Shown here in pieces: positions 27,801 to 35,395 of a stretch of DNA of 39,670 nt (its first letter is position 1; every line of letters starts with the position of its first letter). The stretch is from assembly GCA_009885205.1 (NCBI GenBank), contig VFLE01000046.1:1-39670 (forward strand). The letters are read 5' to 3'. The notes beneath the pieces are model-generated. The model saw only the letters and a list, made by a program, of their open reading frames with translations, searched no databases and had not been told where the DNA came from. Source of the DNA: Candidatus Shapirobacteria bacterium (GTDB lineage Bacteria; Patescibacteriota; Microgenomatia; UBA12405). Both the position numbers and the translations under genes were made by a program.

Positions 27801-28364
27801 GTAAAATTCAGAAATTGTAAATAATTCAGGGGCTTGTTGCGGACTTAATTTTGACACGGATATTTGATCCTCAATTAAATAATAATTAGGATCTATTGAA
27901 GCTTTATCTACATTTATTTTTCTAGGTTGATTTCTATTGTCTGTCCAGAATAATAAATTTTCTAATAAGTTTATTCCATATATAGGCGATTGAGTAGAAA
28001 AATTTAAAAAAGCACCACTAGTTAATAACACTGTTGTATTTTCAAGTTGATTATAAACATATATATAATTCAAAGAAGTGTTACTATAAGCTGATCCGCT
28101 ATAATCAGTTAAAAATACATATATATTATCATTTGAATCATCTGCTAACAATCCAATACACTCAAGACCTTCTTCACCGTTTAGATAATTAAAGTCAACT
28201 ATCAAACTATTACCTAGTACATTTTGTAATGTTCCTACATCAGATCCCTCAGACCTATTTATTTGTAAGTTAAACGCTTCACGATATTCGTTAGAAGATA
28301 GTAATCTATCATCTATATCTCTATTCATCTTAGCGCCAAGAAAATTATTTTTAACTTCTGCCAT
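24843..28364 (-). CDS. tail stabilisation/muzzle protein, N-terminal part with C-terminal beta-rich (Ig-like) extensions
   Basis: KMNRDIDDRLL...EYREAFN, LLFWTDNRNQPRKIN, RFSYRYKFDDGEYS..APF and NRVVYANY motifs. Confidence 0.72.
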   Translation of the reverse strand: MAEVKNNFLGAKMNRDIDDRLLSSNEYREAFNLQINRSEGSDVGTLQNVLGNSLIVDFNYLNGEEGLECIGLLADDSNDNIYVFLTDYSGSAYSNTSLNYIYVYNQLENTTVLLTSGAFLNFSTQSPIYGINLLENLLFWTDNRNQPRKINVDKASIDPNYYLIEDQISVSKLSPQQAPELFTISEFYLPLSVAATVGTVTAPTSPAVSPYTAVITPSTTFAESLLSIGNVVLANVGSSSFTKGVVTAITLSGSNVASFTVSSSTIFTSGNISLLKLEQYETTMYDRVSAYLPNGTTANPYKPLDKYPGDPAYLESRFVRFSYRYKFDDGEYSIIAPFTQIAYIPKQDGYFLYNATSSPIVNDEESTYRSTVVSFMQNKANNILLQIPLPSAANELNLLYKITEIEILYKESDAVAISVVEAVSTIPNLTKGTVEDPYIWNTEGKIYSYNYQAKKPFKTLPSSDSIRVNDIVPVKALGQEIISNRVVYANYQDKFSYPKYLDYNVGFSTKFNFGFLESQGTSIVEYPNHSVKLNRNYQIGIVLCDKFGRQSGVILSDLIKSSNPGEFGASSLYIPYPTENEITPSNWPGNSLKILFNNKISPTGPDLNNGWPGLYNGNIYSADYNPLGWYAYKIVVKQTEQDYYNVYFPGVMASYPGVDGYAKEIGKTSHAVLINDNINKVPRDLSEVGPNQKQFRSSVILYSRVNNNTENWRNNQAYPGNTYAFSSAIATGGSLFYPDGVIPLQGTSQVLPFGFNQFYQIDSDPLISRISTFNKLGVSTDVPSGKSVINLAIYETKPVESRIDVYWETSTSGLISELNSAIDAGTGGNNVSRITEFTFDLSEDAAPGTNVSGIGFRFFNSIDIAVVPTTVEIFSVKNQLGTTLTNKFIIERIGSSTRYIIKTRPTVGAVPGAYFYYGLNAVNVESYNFIIKTTIGSPVSTELITLSANLLKNKSPIISSALPIPNPIELASGTPNVWQFTGSNGSNQFGNRTTEDLTWDINQYSLDGQGTFTINQYGLVQESSGLAQGSTLLVINLTDAGNVTVYQSITVKYPFREGEITIINNSPIGDNSEVGPVLVNGIEVALNSGNEFPANAQDVLIGTYDVPTDPIPHILEVYIFSAAGQVLTLCVGDVCQCKPITSPTTFIEFDELDLNDAPALTLTLGAPGVTCPV

Positions 28365-28370
28365 TTAATT

Positions 28371-29588
28371 TTAGTGTTTAATCCATTTGTATTGACCACG
28401 TAATACTTTTGTAAATTCTTCTAATTTTATGTTAGATAACCTTATTTTTGCATTTCTTATTTTAGCAAACTTCTCTTGTTTTAATCTCTGTACTATATAT
28501 TCAGGTTGGTTTTGTTTATTTGATATTACGGAGTGTAAGATATAAGCGTACATAGCTTCTTCTGCTAACTTAGGCACTCTAGTATCTAAATCATAAGCTA
28601 ATCCATCTGAAATATATTCTAATATTATTAAAGAATCAACTAAGTCACTACTAAAAGATATTTTACCTTCTCTATCATTTATCATAAATGTTCCATTGAT
28701 ATTTGCCTGAGAAGTATTCATACCATATCTTTGGCCTAATCTTCTAGATATATTATTATTATTATATATATCTGAAGTAAAATATTCTTCGTTATTTATT
28801 AATTCATTAGTTTTATTAGCATTCCATCTTTCTTCTGTAATAGATGTTCCTTCTATATTTGAATCAAATGTGTCTTGTATTGGAAAACCTTCTGTGTCTT
28901 GAATTGGAATTTCATAAGGATGTCCAGATAACATACCTGGATATATAATATGTTTAATACCATTTGAATCTATTCTAGATATTTTCACATAATTAACATA
29001 ATCTTGAGGTATGATTACATTAAGACTAGGTGGTACTGTTAGTTCTTGTGATTTTATGCTTTTTAATACATCATAACTAAACTCTTGCAAACCTCTTTTA
29101 GCATGAAAAACTATATCTGTTCTTTTTGCAGTAATTATTAACTTATCATCACCAACATAGGCAACTATAAAGTTGTTTATAAGTTCATCTAGCTTAATAT
29201 AAGCATAACTACTATAGTTCTCTTCAACAACAGTGCCGAAAGCATTATTATCACCATATTTACCACCCTCTAATCTTTTTAGTTGAACTAAGTATATATT
29301 ACCAGAGGTAGCACCACTATTTAAAGTTATAATACCACCATTAACGTTAGTAATACGAGGAGAAATAGGCGTAGTATAATATACTACTTCTGTAAAAGTA
29401 ACTCCATTGTTAGTACTTTTATAGAATTTAAAGTTATTTAATTCATAATTTTCATCATCACCATTAGATGTAAACCAAACAAACGGAGTATCGAATCCAC
29501 TAAAATTAAATATTGTCTGACCAGCAGTGGCTACAATACTTTTCGCTCCTTCGTAATATTGCCTATTAGTTTCTGTAATTAAACTCAT
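28371..29588 (-). CDS. tail ring/tubular protein type B (long copy)
   Basis: Paralogous to 30354-30962. Contains IPQDYVNYVKIS and VPKLAEEAMYAYI. Confidence 0.65.
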   Translation of the reverse strand: MSLITETNRQYYEGAKSIVATAGQTIFNFSGFDTPFVWFTSNGDDENYELNNFKFYKSTNNGVTFTEVVYYTTPISPRITNVNGGIITLNSGATSGNIYLVQLKRLEGGKYGDNNAFGTVVEENYSSYAYIKLDELINNFIVAYVGDDKLIITAKRTDIVFHAKRGLQEFSYDVLKSIKSQELTVPPSLNVIIPQDYVNYVKISRIDSNGIKHIIYPGMLSGHPYEIPIQDTEGFPIQDTFDSNIEGTSITEERWNANKTNELINNEEYFTSDIYNNNNISRRLGQRYGMNTSQANINGTFMINDREGKISFSSDLVDSLIILEYISDGLAYDLDTRVPKLAEEAMYAYILHSVISNKQNQPEYIVQRLKQEKFAKIRNAKIRLSNIKLEEFTKVLRGQYKWIKH

Positions 29589-29594
29589 TTGTTA

Positions 29595-30338
29595 TTATGA
29601 TTTTGAGTTGATTTGTTCTGTTTCTACTTGTTGAGCCGCTGCTTGTACAATTTGAGGATCTTTTATTATTATACCGGCGTAGACTAATATTTTAATAATT
29701 AATCTAGTTTGTTCTGATTGGTGAAGTTCAAAGTTTCTTGAACCTGTAGCCGGTACTAGCGGAACAGCAAAAGGATTTCCTGGACTATAAGTGTTAGCAT
29801 TATATAGGTATTGACCTCTAGTTCCAACTGTAAAACCCCATATAGGATCAATTATATTTCTTATATAGTTTACAGAAACACCACTAGTTATTGTTATAGG
29901 ATATACTTTTATTTTATTATCTTCGTATAGATATATAGGATAATTGTTTGATGGTCTTGTTAAATCAGATTTATTTATATTATAAAAATCACTTCTTTGT
30001 AATCTTTGTATTTCAATTTCATTATAAATAACAGTTCCTAATTCCCTAACTCCTGGACTTGTAGGTAGACTAAAAATTCCTAACGTGCCACCAGTCGCAT
30101 TACCATTAGTTTTAAATATAGCTATTTTTTCATCTATCAAAGTTACTTTATTTGCGTAATCTAAATCACTTTGTTGTATTCTAAGTAATTTATTTAAGTC
30201 ATCAAAATACTCATTAAATATTTCAATTTGTACTTGCGCTGCTATTTTGTTAAATTCATCCGGAGTGATATAACCTCTTTGTTCTTTATTAAGAATCAAT
30301 AAAACTGTTCTATAAACCGTATCTACACTTACTGCCAT
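29595..30338 (-). CDS. tail ring/adaptor protein type A
   Basis: VYRTVL.ILNKEQRGYITPDEFN. Paralogous to 30969-31661. Confidence 0.65.
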   Translation of the reverse strand: MAVSVDTVYRTVLLILNKEQRGYITPDEFNKIAAQVQIEIFNEYFDDLNKLLRIQQSDLDYANKVTLIDEKIAIFKTNGNATGGTLGIFSLPTSPGVRELGTVIYNEIEIQRLQRSDFYNINKSDLTRPSNNYPIYLYEDNKIKVYPITITSGVSVNYIRNIIDPIWGFTVGTRGQYLYNANTYSPGNPFAVPLVPATGSRNFELHQSEQTRLIIKILVYAGIIIKDPQIVQAAAQQVETEQINSKS

Positions 30339-30353
30339 TTGCTATTTTTTATA

Positions 30354-30962
30354 TTATGAGAAAGACGTGAATATAAGTCTAGATTTTGATCTGTCTAATT
30401 TATTCTCTTTGTCTATAAATAATCTTTGTAAAGTATTTGGGTCTGTTTTTTCGCGGTTACACAAAATAGCATAAATCATACAAGCATATAAAGCTTCTTC
30501 TGCTAACTTTGGTATTGATGCTAGTTCTTCTACGGTTAAAGCGTTAGATAAATACTGATAGACAATAGTCTCGCCTGGCCCAACAGTTGATGGAAAGTAT
30601 ATAATATTTGGACTCTTTGAATAGTCAATGTAATACTTGGACCCAGTAGGTGCCGTATCAACCTGAGTAAAAATATCGTCTTCAACAATTACTTTTATCG
30701 TTGTAACAGTATCGCTAGGCACAGTAAAAGGTGTGAACGTACCGGATATAGGCGTAGTAATTGTTACTGTCTCTCCGGCAGTGCTTGAAGTTTGTAGTTG
30801 AGTTTTTAAGGTTTCATAAGCAAATTCTTGTAGACAACGTCTAGCGTGGAATACGACTTCTGTACGTTTAGCGTCTGGAATTAATTTACCAGGACCTGTG
30901 TAAGATATTAAAAAGTTATTTATAATATCGTTTAATGATATAAAGGCATTAGAAAGTACCAT
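30354..30962 (-). CDS. tail ring/tubular protein type B (short copy)
   Basis: Shares IINNF...KLI..AKRT.VVFHA.R.LQEF.Y and PKLAEEA.YA with 28371-29588. Confidence 0.62.
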   Translation of the reverse strand: MVLSNAFISLNDIINNFLISYTGPGKLIPDAKRTEVVFHARRCLQEFAYETLKTQLQTSSTAGETVTITTPISGTFTPFTVPSDTVTTIKVIVEDDIFTQVDTAPTGSKYYIDYSKSPNIIYFPSTVGPGETIVYQYLSNALTVEELASIPKLAEEALYACMIYAILCNREKTDPNTLQRLFIDKENKLDRSKSRLIFTSFS

Positions 30963-30968
30963 AATTTA

Positions 30969-31661
30969 TTATTGTTTTGAGTTAATGTTTACTTCTTGTT
31001 CTACTTTAGCACCTATACCCATAACCAATTGGTCCTTAGACATTACACCGGCATATTCTAATATCTTGCTTATAACCAAAGGTTGATCAGATCTGTGTAT
31101 TTCAAAATCTTGAGAATCTAATTTGTTATATACGTAATTACCTAAATTCGCATTTATATTAAAGCCCCATTTAACGTCCACTGGGAACCTTAAATAATTT
31201 AATGACAATAGAGTTCCGTTTAATTGCGTAGGGAATATCTCTATTACTTTGCTCTTATAAGTATAAACTGGATAATAATTTGTCGGAGCCGTTAAAGGAG
31301 ATGTATTTGTAGTATATACTTCGTATTCTTGAATTCTTTGTACTTCTCTATTACTTAATACAACAGTGCCTAATTCTTGTACTTCAAATGGCACGTTTAT
31401 CTTAGAATTAGTTAAAGCAACGCTTGACGCTGTTTTAAATAAAGATATTTTTTCATCAAGCAAAGACATCCTGTCGGCGTAAGCTAGACTAGATTGCGGA
31501 GTTCTTAAAAGTTGATTTAAGTCGTCAAAATATTTTGTAAATATTTCTTGTTGCACTTGGGTAGCTATCTTGTTGAATTCTAATGGAGTTAGAACACCTC
31601 TTTTTTCCTGTTCCATTACAACTAAAACCGCTTTATAAACTGAGTCTATATTTATTGACAT
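30969..31661 (-). CDS. tail ring/adaptor protein type A (second copy)
   Basis: VYKAVL...EKRGVLTPLEFNKIA.QVQ.EIF..YFDDLN.LLR. Confidence 0.65.
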   Translation of the reverse strand: MSINIDSVYKAVLVVMEQEKRGVLTPLEFNKIATQVQQEIFTKYFDDLNQLLRTPQSSLAYADRMSLLDEKISLFKTASSVALTNSKINVPFEVQELGTVVLSNREVQRIQEYEVYTTNTSPLTAPTNYYPVYTYKSKVIEIFPTQLNGTLLSLNYLRFPVDVKWGFNINANLGNYVYNKLDSQDFEIHRSDQPLVISKILEYAGVMSKDQLVMGIGAKVEQEVNINSKQ

Positions 31662-31677
31662 TTATATTAATTTATAG

Positions 31678-31706
31678 TTATTATTATTGTTATTATTATT
31701 ATTATA
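31678..31706. repeat. (TTA)n-like trinucleotide tract
   Basis: TTATTATTATTGTTATTATTATTATTATA in the leader of the ring-protein operon. Confidence 0.7.
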
Positions 31707-31710
31707 ATAT

Positions 31711-31751
31711 TTAGGCAGTTATTGCAGTTTTAAGTACAATAACCGCCTAAG
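31711..31751 (-). other. long RNA hairpin (5' stabiliser, processing site or terminator)
   Basis: Minus strand TTAGGCGGTTATTGTA-CTTAAAAC-TGCAATAACTGCCTAA: a 16-bp stem with G-U pairs that work only on the - strand. No U-tract follows. Confidence 0.65.
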
Positions 31752-31754
31752 TAT

Positions 31755-31765
31755 TAGTATTACAT
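31755..31765 (-). promoter_or_regulatory. candidate phage promoter motif ATGTAATACTA
   Basis: Immediately after the stop of 31767-32627 and immediately before the hairpin. Confidence 0.35.
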
Positions 31766-31766
31766 G

Positions 31767-32627
31767 TTATTTAAGTTTTTTCTCTATAGACTTGAAGATT
31801 CCAATACCTTCATCTGTCTTAAAAAATGCTGCCATTGCTGAATAAGGATTCTCGTCAAATGGTACAGTCATTAATTTTCTGTCATTTTCACCCCAATGAA
31901 AAGTTCTTTGATCTTGCGATAATTTTAAAATACCAAGTTCACTTGCTCTAATAGCTAAATTCCTTAAAGGTACATTATCATCATTTGCTAATTCTAAGAA
32001 TAAATTAGGATTTCTTCTAGCCATTAATAATAAATCTCTTCTAATTTCTTTAGAACTCATCTTATTAACTCTACTACCAACTTCTACTCTTACTATAGCT
32101 TCTGCAATATCTATATCCATTTCAATAGCAGAATTCATAGCATCTATTTCTAGTTCTATATAATCTAATTCATCTTCAGCTTCTGCAGTTGGATCAAATT
32201 CAGTATATTTTTTATTTAAAGCTGGATGATAAATAGAAAGAAGTTTTTGTAGATTTTGTTTTTCTTTTGGCACATTTAATATACCTTCTAAAAACATAAT
32301 ATGCCCTAATGTTACTTGACCTTTTTGTTTACTAACTAAAGGTGAATTTTGATTTGTAGCGTATCTTATTTCTTCTTGTTCACCTGTTTCTTTATCAAAC
32401 CATAGTAATGGGTATCTAAGTGTATGTTTTCCTTGTAATGTATAAGTTAAAGGTGAATTTGATTCTGATATTATATATGTTCTATCTTTTATTTCCCATT
32501 TATGTTTATCATCTTTAACTTCTACTATCTTTTTAGTTACAGTTTGCTCTGTATATTCTGTAGTTAATATATCTTGTGTATTAACTTCTTCTGATTCTTT
32601 TACTTTTGTTTTTTGCGTTGTCGCCAT
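31767..32627 (-). CDS. conserved capsid-module protein downstream of the major capsid gene
   Basis: Synteny with crAss-like head modules. Function not recognised. Confidence 0.55.
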   Translation of the reverse strand: MATTQKTKVKESEEVNTQDILTTEYTEQTVTKKIVEVKDDKHKWEIKDRTYIISESNSPLTYTLQGKHTLRYPLLWFDKETGEQEEIRYATNQNSPLVSKQKGQVTLGHIMFLEGILNVPKEKQNLQKLLSIYHPALNKKYTEFDPTAEAEDELDYIELEIDAMNSAIEMDIDIAEAIVRVEVGSRVNKMSSKEIRRDLLLMARRNPNLFLELANDDNVPLRNLAIRASELGILKLSQDQRTFHWGENDRKLMTVPFDENPYSAMAAFFKTDEGIGIFKSIEKKLK

Positions 32628-32655
32628 AATATAATATAATTTAATAGTTTATTTT

Positions 32656-32704
32656 AAAAGGTAGTAATTACCCCCATAGTTTCAATGAGGGTAATATTAC
32701 CAGG
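32656..32704 (-). terminator. intrinsic terminator after the major capsid gene
   Basis: Minus strand GGTAAT-ATTACCC(T)CAT-TGAAACT-ATGGGGTAAT-TACTACC-TTTT. Confidence 0.65.
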
Positions 32705-32707
32705 TTT

Positions 32708-34174
32708 TTACAATGAAGCAGTAAACAATACGAAATTGTTAGCACCTTGAACAACCAAACATCTTTCAGACAAGAAATGTACTTGCATTGCATCAAGATC
32801 AGAAGTATAAGCACCTCCAACAGATCCAGTGATCCAAGTTTTCATACGTCTGTCATCTGCTTGACTAGCTCTATAACGTACGTGTAAGAATGGTCTACGG
32901 ATGTTAGTACCTAATTGTTGATCATATACTGTAGATGTTCCAGCAGGAATAAGTACACCATCAATAGAAGTATTAGCTAAACCTCCACGAGTAGAAGCAT
33001 CATTTAGATATTTCCAATCAGTTTTGTAGAAATCATAAGATCCACGACGGAAACCAGAGAAACCTAAATTCAATGCCATTTGCTCAGAGTTTTCAAATAA
33101 TCCGTAAGCAACACCACCAGCAGCGCCAGCAGATAAAGAAGCTAACATATCATCAAAATCAAGAGCAGTAGATCTGTTTAAGAAGAACATGTTTTCTTCA
33201 ATTGCTCCTTGAGTATCTAAGTTTTTCAAGATTGAATCAAAATCACCAAGACCAGCTGCTGCTGTAAAGTTATTTACAACATTACCTCTAACTCTAATAG
33301 CTGCAAAAAGACCTTCAGTTCCTTTTAATCCATTACCACTAGTTAAAGTAGATCCACCAGCTACTAATTCACCTTCAATTACAGACATTTCTAAATAATC
33401 TTCAAAACGAAGTCTTGTTTCAGCTTCTGCTTTTAAATACCATAAGAAACCACCAGTACCATCTTCAGTAGCAACTTCAACCCAACCAATTTGAGCTGTA
33501 TCAGAACCAGATATTTGATATTTTTCTTTAATTATAATAGGTGAGTTACTGAATTGAGTAAAAGATGGAGTTACAGAGTTGATACTCGAATCTGTAGTTC
33601 CTTTTTTAAATTCAGAACCATATACAAAGATTTTAAGATCTCCATTTCCTACTGTAGTAACTGGGAAAATAACATTACTTCCACCAGTAGTACCAGTAGT
33701 AGCTAAATCAGCTTGAGTATAAGGTTTTACAGTAATAAGTGCTGGGTTTGTAGTACCTGAGGTAATAGTAGTAACAAGAACTTTAAGTTCTTGTCCTGTA
33801 GAAGGACTAATAACTACTAAAGTTTGTCCAACAGAAATAACGTTATTAACTAATGCAGAACCTGTACCGCCTACAACAAAACTTAATTGAGTAGCATTAA
33901 TAACAGAAACATTACTATAAGAAATGTGTAATCTATTTTGTTCAGACCAAATGATTTGATCAGAGGACATAGGCATTTCAGCTCCTACCATACGTAAGAA
34001 TCCTGAAAGAGTTCTATTTCCATAACGTTCTACTTCTGCTTCATAAATTTCTGGAAGATATTGTTGAGAGAAGTTTTTACCACTACCGTCGGTAAAGTTT
34101 ATATAATTTGAGTCTAAAGCTTGTTGAATCTGACTAGGTTTAATAGAACCGAATGCAGGATTGACATTTGCCAT
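32708..34174 (-). CDS. major capsid protein (crAss-like/Bacteroidota podovirus type)
   Basis: 488 aa, follows portal and scaffold, with strongly biased codon use. Motifs SDQIIWSEQNRLH, NLGFSGFRRGSYDFYKTDWKYLN and VHFLSERCL. Confidence 0.88.
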   Translation of the reverse strand: MANVNPAFGSIKPSQIQQALDSNYINFTDGSGKNFSQQYLPEIYEAEVERYGNRTLSGFLRMVGAEMPMSSDQIIWSEQNRLHISYSNVSVINATQLSFVVGGTGSALVNNVISVGQTLVVISPSTGQELKVLVTTITSGTTNPALITVKPYTQADLATTGTTGGSNVIFPVTTVGNGDLKIFVYGSEFKKGTTDSSINSVTPSFTQFSNSPIIIKEKYQISGSDTAQIGWVEVATEDGTGGFLWYLKAEAETRLRFEDYLEMSVIEGELVAGGSTLTSGNGLKGTEGLFAAIRVRGNVVNNFTAAAGLGDFDSILKNLDTQGAIEENMFFLNRSTALDFDDMLASLSAGAAGGVAYGLFENSEQMALNLGFSGFRRGSYDFYKTDWKYLNDASTRGGLANTSIDGVLIPAGTSTVYDQQLGTNIRRPFLHVRYRASQADDRRMKTWITGSVGGAYTSDLDAMQVHFLSERCLVVQGANNFVLFTASL

Positions 34175-34186
34175 AATTTTTTAATT

Positions 34187-35365
34187 TTAATTGTTAAATT
34201 TTTTTGTTTGTATTCTTAATTTAGAAGAATCAAAACCACTGATAGATTTAACTCTTAATCCATTTATAAAAACCTCTCCAGATGTTTGTCTAGGTTGACT
34301 TAAACTTGGATTTTTAGAGTTAGCTACTACTTCTTTTACCGCATCAGCTCTACCTTGTTCATAAAAGTGTTGTGCAATTTTATCAGAATTCATAGCAGTG
34401 TAAAGAGCCTTATGATAACTTTTAGCGTCACTAATATCTCCATTTTTATCAAGGAACTTCCCTATGAAATTATTAATGTCTGATTGTTTATCAGAAACTT
34501 GATCGACGTTTTGGATGCCATATCTAAATCTTTTTTCTCCGACATTGTATTCAAAACCTTTGAATTCTTCGTTAAATAGATTTTTTGTGACTTGTTTAAA
34601 TCGATCGTGTCTATTTTTAGACTCATCTTCATTCTTCTTGTATCGGTTAAAAAACTCAGAAGCCTCTTGTTGTTCTCGAGTTACGCCAGGTCTCAACTTG
34701 ATCTCTTCGTAATATTTACTCTTTACTAACTCTAGGTGATTCTTTGCTTTCGCAACCTCTTCTTTATAAGCAAGTTTCTTCTTACGAATATCTCGCTCTT
34801 CTTCTAAATCCTCATCAAAGAAAAAAGTATCTTCCATAAGGAATTGTATTTCTTCTAAATCTAAATGAGGTTTTGTTGATTTATAATATTCTCTTATTAA
34901 AACATCTTCGTTTACAGTTGAATAGTCAGTATTTAATCTAACATAATCTTCAACAGTTCCACCAGTTTCTTCCATAAAAGTAACTAGTTTTTCAATGTTT
35001 TCTGGTAAAGGTTTACCTGTGTTTATTTGTTCTTGAATACTCTCTTTAAGTTCTTCCTTAATTTCAACTATTTCTTCGCTAGTGATTTCTTCAATAACAT
35101 TTTCAAAGGTCCCTTGGTCTCCTTGCTCCATTTCTTGCAATCCCACTTTGGATTGTTCTGTGCGTAACACGCTTTCATCTGTGCTTTGGATTTGAATGGC
35201 ATCTGGATCTGGGTTAGTTGTTGGTATTGTTACTTTAGTAATATCTTGTTCTATTACTGGTTTAGAAATATCTACTTTAAAGACATTGTCTTCTTTATTT
35301 AGATTTCTAGGTTTTTTTGGTTTTGGCATTTTAAATTCGCCTTCTTGTACTAAAATTTCTGACAT
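34187..35365 (-). CDS. capsid scaffolding protein (putative)
   Basis: Very acidic and helical (FMEETGGTVEDYVRLN). Located between portal and major capsid genes. Confidence 0.7.
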   Translation of the reverse strand: MSEILVQEGEFKMPKPKKPRNLNKEDNVFKVDISKPVIEQDITKVTIPTTNPDPDAIQIQSTDESVLRTEQSKVGLQEMEQGDQGTFENVIEEITSEEIVEIKEELKESIQEQINTGKPLPENIEKLVTFMEETGGTVEDYVRLNTDYSTVNEDVLIREYYKSTKPHLDLEEIQFLMEDTFFFDEDLEEERDIRKKKLAYKEEVAKAKNHLELVKSKYYEEIKLRPGVTREQQEASEFFNRYKKNEDESKNRHDRFKQVTKNLFNEEFKGFEYNVGEKRFRYGIQNVDQVSDKQSDINNFIGKFLDKNGDISDAKSYHKALYTAMNSDKIAQHFYEQGRADAVKEVVANSKNPSLSQPRQTSGEVFINGLRVKSISGFDSSKLRIQTKKFNN

Positions 35366-35395
35366 AATATAATATAATTAAATAGTTAACTTTTT

